A stretch of 64,000 nucleotides of DNA from an uncultured virus (IMG/VR IMGVR_UViG_3300042934_000869) (IMGVR_UViG_3300042934_000869); one strand, 5' to 3'. Shown: positions 1-10,344, counted from the stretch's first letter. Notes: generated by a model not told the origin, from the sequence alone. Numbers and translations: made by a program.

Positions 1-1
1 A

Positions 2-3000
2 TGTATTCCCACTACCATCTGGAACATAATATAATGCTTCTTCTTTAGGCCAAGAGCCATCTCCGCTAGGAGGTTTACCTATATTATAATTCTTCTCATT
101 GGTTGATGGAAAATAGAAGTAATTATTATTCTCTTGATTATTGTCTCCTCTAATTGAATATAAATATTTATCAAGAGTCTTACTGCTGTCTACAATACTT
201 CCTTCATAGTAGGTATTAGTAGAGTCTACTACTCCTTTTAACGAATCTTTCTTCACTAAGACCATATAATTATTACCGTTACTTATACTTCCAGTTTCTC
301 CAGTACACACATAAGTTTGGCCATCTATCACATACTCTTGCCTTACTTGTATTGAACTAATTGAATTATTTTGTCTAGCTACTACTCTAACTCTGGTAAC
401 TCCATTTGAGGTTTCTGAATCTAAATTCTGATCTATACCTTCTGATATGTATGAATCATTTGAGCCAAATGATTTGTACAGCACACCAGTTTTATCTATT
501 ACATAATTACCGTATTCTACAGCTCCAGAATCTCCCATCTTTCGTCCTTTTATGTAAGTAAAAGTTCTTCCCTTTGCTAGCTTAGCATACCAATCATCTC
601 CACTAACTGAGAATATAGATTCTCTTGCTGAATTTCCTTGTATGAATTTTGATCTGTATTCTTGAGAAAATTTTAGCTGTTCAACAATGCTGTCTAGTTC
701 AGTTGGTGTATAATTTCCAGTACTAAGAATTGTTACTTCTGGACACAGATATCCGCTAACACTATAGTTAAGGTTATTTGTTCCATAGATGTAATTTAGT
801 AATGCATTTGATAACCCTGTATTACTATCCCACCATTTTCTTAAATCTGGATCTGTTGGTCTTTGATTGAAGAAGTTAGACATTTCACTTGCAGATGGAT
901 TCGTTGTTCCAAAATACATATCTCTTAAATTGGATATAGTTTTGTTACTTAGGTAATTAGTATTTGGTATAACTACGTTCCAATTTACAACTAAATATAT
1001 TGGATTTGTCATTCCTAAATCTTTTACTATATTTCTATACACAGTCGAAGATATGTTACTTGTATGTAACATTGAATAAAATTTTCTAGTTGTTTTTTCT
1101 GAATTTTTATCATTAGGATCATCAGTTTGATTTTTTCTAACATCTTCTATCCATGATACATACGTCCTATCTATTACTGATTTAGAATCATAAGACATTA
1201 TACTTTGAAGACCTTGATATTTTGCTATATCAGACGTTCCGTTACTTCCTATATAAATCTTATTATCCCACATTGAATCTAAATATGTGTTGGACATTAA
1301 CCTTGCTATTATACCCATATTGTAATAAACTTCTCCACCTATGCCATTTACAATATTATCATTGGTGGATATTACTTCATTACCTATTAGAGCTTTTTTG
1401 TTATCATCTAATAATACTGCTCTAGTACCTGTATCAGTATTCATCAAATATTTATCATCTAGAGCTACTATTTCATCTGATATTGAGTTGTTTGAACTTG
1501 CTCCTTGTAATGCAGATTTTGGTAAATAGTTTGTCACTTCTTTTGATGAATTTTCTACTTTTGCTATTGTATCTACTTTTGATACCAAAGCTTTGTCTGC
1601 ATCTAATACTGATACGCCTGAATCAATCATAGCTACTGCCGTAACATCAGATGGTGCTCTTACAATAAATATAACTTTATGAGCATCTTCTCTAGCTCCG
1701 TCATCACCCTTTTTGATTTTGTTTACTGAACTTATTTTGATGTTAGCTACTGGATTTGAAGTAGTATCCGGCTTTAAATCTTTTACTAATGTTCCTTTAT
1801 ATAAAAAATTTGAACTATCATAGAATACTCTTGTTACTTTATATTCTTTATTAGCTGATAAATTATCTCGTATACTTATAGCATTTGTAGATAATAATCC
1901 AAATAAATTAAATCCTACATCTTGTTGAGGATTTATTTCTTGTACTTCTGTACTTGAACGTATGTCTACACCTTTATAAAATTCTAGAGTTTGTTTATAC
2001 ATTCCTTTCTCTAACCAATAATTTTCATTGTCAGTTAATTGGACTTTGGAGAAATCTACTCTTGCATCTTTATTAGCTATCCTATATATTAGCTTAATAA
2101 GATACTCCTTTGTAAGTCCATCGAATAATTCTGAGAACTCTTCTTTATTCTCGAAATCAATTATCCCTTGAGAAATTAAATACATAACAGTCTTTTTTGT
2201 ATTATCATCTAACTTACTAATATAATCTACTCCATATTTGTATGTTATTATTTTAGATTCTAGCTCTGACATATTGTCTTCATTAACTCTCATTATCTTT
2301 TCTATAAGTTTTAAAAACTCTATAGTTGATATTGAATTTGACATGAAATAGTCTGGTGTCTTTGAATTGGTCTGTACCTTGTTAAGATACTTAGAATCCT
2401 TAAATCCTTCAATGGGAAGCGACTGACCTAGGGGTTGTCCACTACCTTCTGTACTATTTTTAAAAACCTCATAGTTACCTAATTCTGGTGCCCATAAAGG
2501 AAATCTGTTTCCCTGCTTATATTCGTTTATAAAATCTAGGTTGCTAAATTCTGTTATTGATATAAATCCTTTGTCTAATAAAGTTCTAAAGTATATTTCA
2601 TAAACGTTTGGTGATGTGTAAACATTATAAGACCCTTCTCCAAAATCATAAGATTGGTTTATCGAATTTAATTCACTTGACTCTGATGATTTGGAATTTA
2701 TTATTATAGGTCTAGAACTTTGCACACCGAAAAATGCTTTAGATAAAGACATAATAGCATCTTCTTTCCTAGTATAATCTTCCGTGGAAGATAGTAAAGG
2801 ATTTGAGACTGGATTAGTTGATATACTAACTTGGTCAGACTGGAATGTATAATCTTTACTTATTATATCATGCTCTTGTAACCAAGCTACTTCTTCTTCG
2901 CTATCTCTTATATTTTTATATTCGCTGTAATTATCATATAATATTTTATCAGATTTAGTATTTATAGCTTTTCCTATATTCTGTAATGATTCTACAGAAT

Positions 3001-3133
3001 TCTTATATGTACTATAGTCATTCTTATTATTTAGAGACTCTATCACAGTTACAGTCATTGCATTTGCAATTATAAAGTTTGGAATTAGTAGGAATCCTGT
3101 GAGAGCTTTAAAGAATAGATTCTTTTTATCCAT
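2..3133 (-). CDS. Large secreted cell-surface protein with SLH-like repeats (>1040 aa, runs off the window start; absent from the ORF track)
   Basis: ATG at 3133 overlaps the upstream gene end. Starts MDKKNLFFKALTGFLLIPNFIIANA (signal-peptide-like). Every segment I translated is open, including the window edge (...WPKEEALYYVPDGSGNT). SLH-like segments: EEVAWLQEHDII..DYTRKEDAIMSLSKA, YFRTLLDKGFI..ISTIEFLKLIEKI, TVMYLISQGII..GLTKEYLIKLIYRI. Confidence 0.8.
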   Translation of the reverse strand, partial: MDKKNLFFKALTGFLLIPNFIIANAMTVTVIESLNNKNDYSTYKNSVESLQNIGKAINTKSDKILYDNYSEYKNIRDSEEEVAWLQEHDIISKDYTFQSDQVSISTNPVSNPLLSSTEDYTRKEDAIMSLSKAFFGVQSSRPIIINSKSSESSELNSINQSYDFGEGSYNVYTSPNVYEIYFRTLLDKGFISITEFSNLDFINEYKQGNRFPLWAPELGNYEVFKNSTEGSGQPLGQSLPIEGFKDSKYLNKVQTNSKTPDYFMSNSISTIEFLKLIEKIMRVNEDNMSELESKIITYKYGVDYISKLDDNTKKTVMYLISQGIIDFENKEEFSELFDGLTKEYLIKLIYRIANKDARVDFSKVQLTDNENYWLEKGMYKQTLEFYKGVDIRSSTEVQEINPQQDVGFNLFGLLSTNAISIRDNLSANKEYKVTRVFYDSSNFLYKGTLVKDLKPDTTSNPVANIKISSVNKIKKGDDGAREDAHKVIFIVRAPSDVTAVAMIDSGVSVLDADKALVSKVDTIAKVENSSKEVTNYLPKSALQGASSNNSISDEIVALDDKYLMNTDTGTRAVLLDDNKKALIGNEVISTNDNIVNGIGGEVYYNMGIIARLMSNTYLDSMWDNKIYIGSNGTSDIAKYQGLQSIMSYDSKSVIDRTYVSWIEDVRKNQTDDPNDKNSEKTTRKFYSMLHTSNISSTVYRNIVKDLGMTNPIYLVVNWNVVIPNTNYLSNKTISNLRDMYFGTTNPSASEMSNFFNQRPTDPDLRKWWDSNTGLSNALLNYIYGTNNLNYSVSGYLCPEVTILSTGNYTPTELDSIVEQLKFSQEYRSKFIQGNSARESIFSVSGDDWYAKLAKGRTFTYIKGRKMGDSGAVEYGNYVIDKTGVLYKSFGSNDSYISEGIDQNLDSETSNGVTRVRVVARQNNSISSIQVRQEYVIDGQTYVCTGETGSISNGNNYMVLVKKDSLKGVVDSTNTYYEGSIVDSSKTLDKYLYSIRGDNNQENNNYFYFPSTNEKNYNIGKPPSGDGSWPKEEALYYVPDGSGNT

Positions 3134-3533
3134 ATTTCCTACCTACTTTTAGCAATATAGGGAGGTCTGGAAACGCTACTAAATAGTCTGGATTCTCTTC
3201 CATTATTTTTATTTCATAACTCATAAAATCTATAGAGTTTAATGTTTCATCTAAATATTCCTCATATCTCCTATCAACATCTATGTATGCACACTTAACG
3301 TTATCTGAAGATAACTTTCTATCTAAATGATATAATAAAACTAGTTTTAAATCTTCTATAGTTTTCATTCTATGAACTAATTCCCTGTCTAATTCTTTCT
3401 GTTTATAATCTCTAAATAGTGAGGTTTTAGATATTGCTGACCTAGTTGCCACAACTATTCTCTCTAATGGTTTTAGTATATCTAGGTCAATTTCTTTCTC
3501 TATATCAATTTTCTCTCTTACGAATACTCTCAT
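3126..3533 (-). CDS. Hypothetical protein (135 aa)
   Basis: Overlaps both neighbours in the same orientation; no motif recognised. Confidence 0.7.
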   Translation of the reverse strand: MRVFVREKIDIEKEIDLDILKPLERIVVATRSAISKTSLFRDYKQKELDRELVHRMKTIEDLKLVLLYHLDRKLSSDNVKCAYIDVDRRYEEYLDETLNSIDFMSYEIKIMEENPDYLVAFPDLPILLKVGRKYG

Positions 3534-4737
3534 TTACTAGATCCTTAAACGAAGTAGAAGTTATAAATGAGTTTTCTTTGCTTGAAGATTCTGATACAAC
3601 TTCTCTATTTATTTTAGCGTTTTCTATTCTAGTAGAATTTTTAACTTCTTCTATAACTTCTTCTTCCTCTATATTCAACTTAGAATAATTTTCCTTAACG
3701 CCCTTTTGAATTAATTTAGCACATAATATTAAGCTATACTGTAAATCTGATAATTCTGAATCTAATCTTAAGTCTGATAAAATTCTATAAACTTTCATTA
3801 AGTTATTAAATCCTACTGTTTTTGCAAAGGACTTATCTGTAGGCTTTAAACTAGTTTGTTTAAAGCTAATATTCTTAGATAGGAAACAGCAATCCATTAT
3901 ATAGTCTTTAGCGTTAGTTAAGAACGTTCCTATTGGAGACATGTCAAGTATTTCTGATAGAAAATTTAGGTATGTCGACATATCTGAGTAAGACTTAAAT
4001 AGAGTTCTTAAAGATTCATCAGACACTCCTCCAAAAAACTGAGACAACTCTTCTTCACTAAACTTGGGATTATTTTTTATAAAATCAAAAGTATTTGCTA
4101 TTACTCTAGGATTTCCTCTGCTTGAAGTTTGTATAATAGATTTAACTTCTTTGGTTAATCTAACACTGTTATCCATACATAATTTATCTATTAATAACAT
4201 AGAGTTAGATGATGTTAGAGAATCAAATCTAAAGACTAATGCTCTACTTCTTATATCCTTTATAATGGAGTTGATGTTAGTAGTGCATATCATTATGTAC
4301 ACATTTTCTGGTATTCTTTCTAAGTCCTCTAGCATAGAAGATTGTAAATTTTTATTAAGTGTTTCGAATAGTTCGAATATAAATACTACTGGCTTATCCC
4401 CACTTTCTATTTTAAAAACTTCATTTATAAGTTCTCTAACTTGCTCAAAGCTAGTTATGTGAGATATATCTTTTTTTATTAGTGTACTGCTTTTACCTTT
4501 AGAACTCATTGCATTTAAACCCGAAATACATTCACGACACTTAAGACACGGCTCTTCGTTTATTGGTGATTCGCATCTTATTCGTAAAGCAGTGATTTCA
4601 GCAGTACCAGACTTACCAGTTCCTGACGGTCCGAACATAATAGAGAACTTAGGAAAAGTACCTGTCTGAACAGACTTGGTTATTGTGTTTAATGTAACTG
4701 CATTTCCAATAATGGCTTTATATTGATTCAGCCTCAT
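3505..4737 (-). CDS. dnaX: DNA polymerase III gamma/tau-like clamp-loader AAA+ subunit (divergent)
   Basis: Walker A GPSGTGKS, zinc module RCE..EPCLKCREC, IRSRA (SRC-like), GNPR sensor 2. Walker B reads FIFEL instead of IIDE. Confidence 0.85.
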   Translation of the reverse strand: MRLNQYKAIIGNAVTLNTITKSVQTGTFPKFSIMFGPSGTGKSGTAEITALRIRCESPINEEPCLKCRECISGLNAMSSKGKSSTLIKKDISHITSFEQVRELINEVFKIESGDKPVVFIFELFETLNKNLQSSMLEDLERIPENVYIMICTTNINSIIKDIRSRALVFRFDSLTSSNSMLLIDKLCMDNSVRLTKEVKSIIQTSSRGNPRVIANTFDFIKNNPKFSEEELSQFFGGVSDESLRTLFKSYSDMSTYLNFLSEILDMSPIGTFLTNAKDYIMDCCFLSKNISFKQTSLKPTDKSFAKTVGFNNLMKVYRILSDLRLDSELSDLQYSLILCAKLIQKGVKENYSKLNIEEEEVIEEVKNSTRIENAKINREVVSESSSKENSFITSTSFKDLVNESIRKREN

Positions 4738-4750
4738 ATTTACACCTCCT

Positions 4751-4783
4751 AAGAAAATAGGAGAGGTAACAAATACCCCTCCT
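4751..4783 (-). terminator. Intrinsic terminator after the 633-aa gene
   Basis: Minus strand AGGAGGGGTA-TTTGT-TACCTCTCCT followed by ATTTTCTT. Confidence 0.7.
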
Positions 4784-4799
4784 TTGAACCTGCTAAATT

Positions 4800-6701
4800 T
4801 TATGAATAGATTAAGCCTGATATAGTAGCTTCTAAATTAGAAAGTTCTTTAGCTCCTAATCCTTGTTCTACTTCAAGATTTGTTGTTTTACCTTTCATGC
4901 TGTTTAATAAGATTCCTACTGCAACCTCATTTGACATGTTTACTCTAGTAGAAAGGTCATTTTGCTTTTCTCTAGTCTTAGTAACTTCTTTAATAACATC
5001 AGCAACTGTTTTACCGCTAAGTACTTTTCTGATTTTCTCAAATCTTGGAGATACTTGTGGATCAGCTTTAAATAATTTATCTACTTGCTCTTCAGTTAAT
5101 CCGAATTTATCGTAATCTTTTCTTGAAGGATTCTTCATTACGTCATAGCTTATGTAGCTTAAAGTCTTACCTGATTTTGTGTTGTCAACTAAAGCTCTTA
5201 TAGCTATTTCTGGATTAGTGTATACTTCTTTAGCATCATAGAATTTACCAACTTCTAAAGGCATCTTAGGATTTTTTGCGATGTAAGCTGAAGTGTATCT
5301 GTTTTCAGTAACATTTCCCTCTTTGTCTTTAATTGCATCTTCAGCAACTAAAGCTTTAGATTGTTCTGAAAGTTTTGAGTACTTGCTTCCATTAGTAGAA
5401 GTTTGGAATATTGGGTAGAATAATGATAAGTTAGCTTGATCGATCTTTCTGTCATCTTTTATGATGTCAGTTAAAGATTCAGTTAAGAACACTTTTCTTG
5501 GAAGGTAATTTCCTTCAATGATCGGTCTCTTTCTGTTACCAACTGAGAATACAGTTCTTGTAGTTGGTTTTTCTTTTCTTAAGAAACCTTGTACACTTAC
5601 TTTTAAAGTGTCTGCTTTTTCTCCTAATATTTCCTTATCTTCTTTGATTTCTCCATCGAAGAATGAAAGTATCATAAATGCTAATTCATCTTTTGATTTA
5701 GATAATGTTACTAAGTCTTGTTTTGTAGTATCTGGTTCTGGAGCAGTTTCTCCTAATAAATGATCTATAGTAACTAATCCACCTACTGGGATTGAGAATA
5801 TTCCACCTGTTGGAGATGATGGTGCTGATTCTTTAACAACAAGAACTGAAACTTGTTCAAAGTATTTTGATTGAACTTTTTCTCCTCTGTCGTGAGCTTG
5901 TCTAATAGCTGCTGAAACATCTGCTTTTAATCTTCTGTCTTGTTCATTAGCTGGTAGTACTGAAGCTGTTGAAGAAACTATCTTCTTATCATTTAGAGTA
6001 GTGAAAGCGTGGAACTTACCTCTAGCTCTGTTGAATGCATATAATGCGTGAGCTTTCTTAACTTCTGCTCCTGCCGCACTTTGAGTTATAGCACCTAATA
6101 ATTTCTCATTCTTTTCTTTCTTTCTTCTCTTTTCTGCTTCTCTTTCTTCTTTAGTCTTTGCAGGTTTTGTAGTATCTGTAGCTTCTGCTTCAAATGCTTT
6201 AGAGTCTACTACACCAGTTTCTACCTTACCTTCATTTTTCTCAACTTCTTTTAATGCTTCTTCGAATGCATTATTGTTATCTGCCATTTTGTTATCCTCC
6301 CTTTGACTTTCAATAATTTGATTTTTTAGTACTTTAGTTCTTTCTTGCTCCTTTATCAGGGGCTCATTGAAAACAGGTGATTTCTCAATCACACCATCAT
6401 CATCATTCTGGAATAGCTCGAATTGAGTTATCATTTTATTCCTAGGTGCAGTTGTCCACAAGAAACCTTCTGAGTCATATGTAAATACCATGTTATCATG
6501 AGTAGCTACTAAAACTGCATTGTCAGCAATTACTTTCTTTTTCACAGTTACTCTCTCCTGAGGAGACAACTTCTTGAAATCACTTAAGCTGATACATTCA
6601 GTTTTTTGTTTAGATACAACTATCCTTGATGAGTCCTTTGGTATTACATTAGACTTTTTCAGGTCTGTTATTTTCAACGATTTAGCTATCAACACTATCA
6701 C
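4800..6701 (-). CDS. Hypothetical protein (633 aa; strong internal in-frame start at 6287 giving 495 aa)
   Basis: Long ORF bracketed by the promoter motif and a terminator. RBS GGGAGG before GTG/TTG at 6695/6692, and again before ATG at 6287. Confidence 0.8.
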   Translation of the reverse strand: MIVLIAKSLKITDLKKSNVIPKDSSRIVVSKQKTECISLSDFKKLSPQERVTVKKKVIADNAVLVATHDNMVFTYDSEGFLWTTAPRNKMITQFELFQNDDDGVIEKSPVFNEPLIKEQERTKVLKNQIIESQREDNKMADNNNAFEEALKEVEKNEGKVETGVVDSKAFEAEATDTTKPAKTKEEREAEKRRKKEKNEKLLGAITQSAAGAEVKKAHALYAFNRARGKFHAFTTLNDKKIVSSTASVLPANEQDRRLKADVSAAIRQAHDRGEKVQSKYFEQVSVLVVKESAPSSPTGGIFSIPVGGLVTIDHLLGETAPEPDTTKQDLVTLSKSKDELAFMILSFFDGEIKEDKEILGEKADTLKVSVQGFLRKEKPTTRTVFSVGNRKRPIIEGNYLPRKVFLTESLTDIIKDDRKIDQANLSLFYPIFQTSTNGSKYSKLSEQSKALVAEDAIKDKEGNVTENRYTSAYIAKNPKMPLEVGKFYDAKEVYTNPEIAIRALVDNTKSGKTLSYISYDVMKNPSRKDYDKFGLTEEQVDKLFKADPQVSPRFEKIRKVLSGKTVADVIKEVTKTREKQNDLSTRVNMSNEVAVGILLNSMKGKTTNLEVEQGLGAKELSNLEATISGLIYS

Positions 6702-6724
6702 CTCCCATCTCTTATTAACTCACA

Positions 6725-6758
6725 TTTATATAATCTAAATACGAGAGTTTTAGGGGTT
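6725..6758 (-). promoter_or_regulatory. Element-specific promoter-like motif, copy 1
   Basis: AACCCC-N20-TATATA upstream of the 633-aa gene. Confidence 0.55.
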
Positions 6759-6796
6759 CTAGTTTGACGGGGAAATTATATAGAAATTGACAGTTT

Positions 6797-7420
6797 CTAT
6801 GAGTTTTTTAGATTTTCTCTTATCTCCATATACTTGTCAATTATACTATCCAAAGCATCTAATGTTTTCTGTTTTGCTGTAGAACTTTTAGACTCTATAT
6901 TGATACATACTTTTTCGGAGTCTAAATCCTCCTTTGTACTTGCTGATACTGTTACATCACAATATCTAGCGGACATTCTTTGAAATCCCTTTAGGTTTAT
7001 ATTTAATGATTCTAGTCTCTTGGAATTGTAATCAGATGATTTAAAACCAGAGTTCCTATCAAATACTATTGTTAAATTTACAGTATTCTGTTCACCTACA
7101 GTGTGAAGTAAATCTTTATTTTCTTCTACTTTTATATCAGGTGTATTTAGATTTTGAGAATTTAGTACACCTCTGAATGTGTATTCCTGTACAAAAGGGA
7201 AATTCACATTAGGGTCTATCTCAAAATTTAAATCAGCTAAATCACTAGAAAATGAAACCATGTCTAATACTGCCTTACCAGGCTTATATAAGGTACTGCC
7301 ATCTGATAATTTAAATGCAATAGGTTTTACCTTCATCGAAGATTCAATAAGCATTTGTCTTATTAGATTACTGAAACCAAGTCCTGTGTTTTTATCTACA
7401 TTAAAATCTAGTATCACCAT
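6797..7420 (-). CDS. rpoA: RNA polymerase alpha-subunit N-terminal-domain homolog lacking the alpha-CTD
   Basis: NTGLGFSNLIRQMLIESSMKVKPIAFKL resembles GFGTTLGNALRRVLLSS..GAAITAVKI; LTIVFDRNSGFKSSDYN resembles MELTVEKGRGYVPAEEN; EKVCINIESKSS..KQKTLDALDSI resembles DKLTLEVETDGS..PEEAL..AAKIL. Confidence 0.7.
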   Translation of the reverse strand: MVILDFNVDKNTGLGFSNLIRQMLIESSMKVKPIAFKLSDGSTLYKPGKAVLDMVSFSSDLADLNFEIDPNVNFPFVQEYTFRGVLNSQNLNTPDIKVEENKDLLHTVGEQNTVNLTIVFDRNSGFKSSDYNSKRLESLNINLKGFQRMSARYCDVTVSASTKEDLDSEKVCINIESKSSTAKQKTLDALDSIIDKYMEIRENLKNS

Positions 7421-7421
7421 A

Positions 7422-7907
7422 TCACCTCATTTCTATTAGTTTAATGTCATTACTTTTAGCGTGTTTGAGTAGTATATCTACTTTCAATTCCCATTCATCT
7501 TTGCCGTCTGAAAACTCTGAAACATAATCTTTTAGATTATTTGATTCTATTATTTCTACTGGCAGTAAGTCTGTAAATTTACTTTGTATATAAAAATTAA
7601 AGTTATCTGTTTTATATAACTCCATAGAGTTGGTTATTGATCTAGCTATATCTTCATAGAAGAATCTTACTACTCTGAAAAACCTATCTATATTTTCTTG
7701 AGATAACTTTCTTTTTTCTACTACTGCTAGTGCAGAATTATAATCAATTACACTTCTCCCCTCGTCGTATGCAACCATGGGGAAGTGTAATTGAGATTTT
7801 ATATAATTCTCGAGAGTGAACGTTAGATTATTAGGTATACGATAGTTTGGCAGAATACTATTACATACTATATGATTAAAATTATAATAGGGGACTACTA
7901 CTGACAT
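7422..7907 (-). CDS. Hypothetical protein (161 aa)
   Basis: Tightly packed in the operon; no motif recognised. Confidence 0.7.
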   Translation of the reverse strand: MSVVVPYYNFNHIVCNSILPNYRIPNNLTFTLENYIKSQLHFPMVAYDEGRSVIDYNSALAVVEKRKLSQENIDRFFRVVRFFYEDIARSITNSMELYKTDNFNFYIQSKFTDLLPVEIIESNNLKDYVSEFSDGKDEWELKVDILLKHAKSNDIKLIEMR

Positions 7908-7908
7908 A

Positions 7909-8979
7909 TTAAAAATCCTTTACGTTAATAGTTTCAGAAAAACTATTTACTCTCTTTAATGATAGGTTATTATCTGCCATGTATACTCCATTTTTATAAT
8001 CTCTACCAAACTGATAAAGCTCTTGACTTAGTTCCTCTAAATCTGCACCTTTCTTATATTTAGCTCCCATTTTTGATAATGTACCCATTGACACTTTATC
8101 ATCTACTATTTGAGCATAATCCATAAGTAGCTGTATGTCTATACTATTTTTAGTTCCTAACTTGTAACCACTAGGGTCGTCACATGGTATTAGTTTTGGG
8201 AATACTGTTTTAATCCTTCTGTCTAATAATTCCATATCTTTCTCAGGTAAGTTTTTAGTAGCTAAGAATTTTCTGAATAGATCTTCGCTTCTAGTAACTC
8301 TTCCAGATAGTCTTCTATTAAAAGAATCAAGAAGCTCTATATACTCTTTATACAACTCAAATCCTTTAGTTCCATCTGATAATTTAAGTGGCTTAACATT
8401 ATCTGAGACATCGTAGCATAAAGCTTTAAATACAGATATAGTATTAAACTTAACAGGATATCCATTATCCTTATGTCTTAATACTTCTGAGAAATTCATC
8501 CAATTTACATTTAAAGTGTTAGTATTAGATGTTCTATACTCTACTCCTTCTTCGTCTACATTATGACATAAATCATAATCAGAACCATTTACAACTATCT
8601 TGTGGTCTTTACAAACTGGGTAGAATTGTTCTACCATACTAAAAATGTAAGAATCAGCTTCTCCTTTTCCTTTATAACAAGGTACTCCGCATTTAGATAA
8701 AAATCTAAATAGGTAATCAGCTTGAGCACCTATCGAAGGATTTCGTTTTCTATTTGATTTATACCCTTCTAATAGAGGTTCTGATTTTCTCCATTGGGAG
8801 TCAAATGCACAAGCAACACCAGAGTCTACAATTAGCTCTGATACTAATTTTTTTAGAAAGAAATGTATACCACCTACTGGTAAATCTCTTCTTTCTATTT
8901 TATGGTATTTGGTAATCCACTCAACAGTGTTAAGATAACCATAGACATCAAATAATTGTATATCAAACAATTTAAGCAC
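7909..8979 (-). CDS. Stand-alone 5'-3' exonuclease / flap endonuclease (PolI N-terminal / T5 D15-like)
   Basis: Motifs CAFDS, GYKSNR, GEADS, GSDYDL, KALCYDVSDNV. Confidence 0.85.
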   Translation of the reverse strand: MLKLFDIQLFDVYGYLNTVEWITKYHKIERRDLPVGGIHFFLKKLVSELIVDSGVACAFDSQWRKSEPLLEGYKSNRKRNPSIGAQADYLFRFLSKCGVPCYKGKGEADSYIFSMVEQFYPVCKDHKIVVNGSDYDLCHNVDEEGVEYRTSNTNTLNVNWMNFSEVLRHKDNGYPVKFNTISVFKALCYDVSDNVKPLKLSDGTKGFELYKEYIELLDSFNRRLSGRVTRSEDLFRKFLATKNLPEKDMELLDRRIKTVFPKLIPCDDPSGYKLGTKNSIDIQLLMDYAQIVDDKVSMGTLSKMGAKYKKGADLEELSQELYQFGRDYKNGVYMADNNLSLKRVNSFSETINVKDF

Positions 8980-9922
8980 CTCCCTCTATGGCATTGTAAG
9001 TTTCTAATATCTTCTTTATAAATTTAGAGAATTCGTAAAGAGCTGTTTCCTTATAAATAAATAAATCAGAAGAACCACTCATACTTGCTGTCTGTCTGAA
9101 CTGCTCAAATAACTGTTCTGTGTAGATTGAAAATCCAACAAGACCACATTCATGGAGTTCTAGAGTTATACTAAAATATTGCTCTTCTGTTAACTCCATT
9201 TCTAATAGAGAATTAAAGTAATCTATATTCATATATTTAACTACTTCTTCAAGTTGTGTTACGGACTCTTTTATTTTAGGAATGTTGTAACTTACTTCCT
9301 GATCAGTAAGATAAGTTTCTAATATCTTATAATCTTCTCTTAGCTTATTTACAACTTCCTTTCTATTTTTATTATTACGTCCTTTATAACTTTTATTCAG
9401 TTCATTAAATTTTTTATAGAAAGCATTTTCGATTCTCCAAATATTACTTTCTCTTAGAAGATACAGTTTCTCGTTTAGTACAGTAACTCCGGAATTACTA
9501 TCAGAGTAATGTATGTTATTATAGAAGTATTTTATCATATTTAATCTACTATAAAGTATTTCTATAATTTTGTATGCACCATCAGATAGCTTGTTAACTG
9601 AAGACCCTCCTACTACTCGTGACAGGACTTTGGCGTGTCCCTCTAACTTTTTCTCCATCTCTTGTCTTTCTTCTTCAGAACTATATCTTTTATGATTTAA
9701 CATTGCACTGATTCTATTTAACTCTGGAACTTCATATACTGCCGGTAATCCTTCTAAAAACTTTATTAGTTCCTCCAAATCTTTTTTAAGAACTGTCAAT
9801 AAAACTCTATCAGAAGCAGTATCTAAACTTTCCACAAGTTTAGGGAAAGTTATAGGGTTAACTGTAGATAGAGATAGTGTGACAGCACTTAGACCAAAGA
9901 ATTTACCTATCACTTTCATCAC
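8972..9922 (-). CDS. Hypothetical helical protein (316 aa)
   Basis: ORF with an AAGGAG RBS; no motif recognised. Confidence 0.7.
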   Translation of the reverse strand: MMKVIGKFFGLSAVTLSLSTVNPITFPKLVESLDTASDRVLLTVLKKDLEELIKFLEGLPAVYEVPELNRISAMLNHKRYSSEEERQEMEKKLEGHAKVLSRVVGGSSVNKLSDGAYKIIEILYSRLNMIKYFYNNIHYSDSNSGVTVLNEKLYLLRESNIWRIENAFYKKFNELNKSYKGRNNKNRKEVVNKLREDYKILETYLTDQEVSYNIPKIKESVTQLEEVVKYMNIDYFNSLLEMELTEEQYFSITLELHECGLVGFSIYTEQLFEQFRQTASMSGSSDLFIYKETALYEFSKFIKKILETYNAIEGGA

Positions 9923-9927
9923 TCCTT

Positions 9928-10344
9928 TTATTTAAATTTAGTAAATGCTGAGGCTATATTTCCAAGACCTTTTTTACCTTTTGAATTCTTTTTTGGTAGT
10001 GCAATTTTCTCAGATACAACAACAGGTTCTGGTATTACATCCTTCACTTCTACTCCAGCACTCACTTCATTTATTATATTATTTTCACTAAATTTAGGTG
10101 CTGATAATAGACCGCCCATTTGTTTCATCATCGCTCCCTGCATTTCTGCCATTGCTGATAATTTATTTTGTATAGACGATATATCATCTTCCCCATTTGC
10201 ATAATCATTGAATATTATAGATAATCTTTCCCATAGAAGTCCTGATTCAGTAAGCTCTATAAACAACTTCATTGACTTCTCATTATCTAATGATAGATAC
10301 CCTTCTGACATTAATACCATTTTAACATTACGCTCTCTGCTCAC
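9928..10344 (-). CDS. Small protein downstream of the actin; candidate ParR-like adaptor
   Basis: 138 aa, AAGGAGG RBS, basic C-terminal tail. The adaptor role is inferred from position only. Confidence 0.55.
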   Translation of the reverse strand: MSRERNVKMVLMSEGYLSLDNEKSMKLFIELTESGLLWERLSIIFNDYANGEDDISSIQNKLSAMAEMQGAMMKQMGGLLSAPKFSENNIINEVSAGVEVKDVIPEPVVVSEKIALPKKNSKGKKGLGNIASAFTKFK

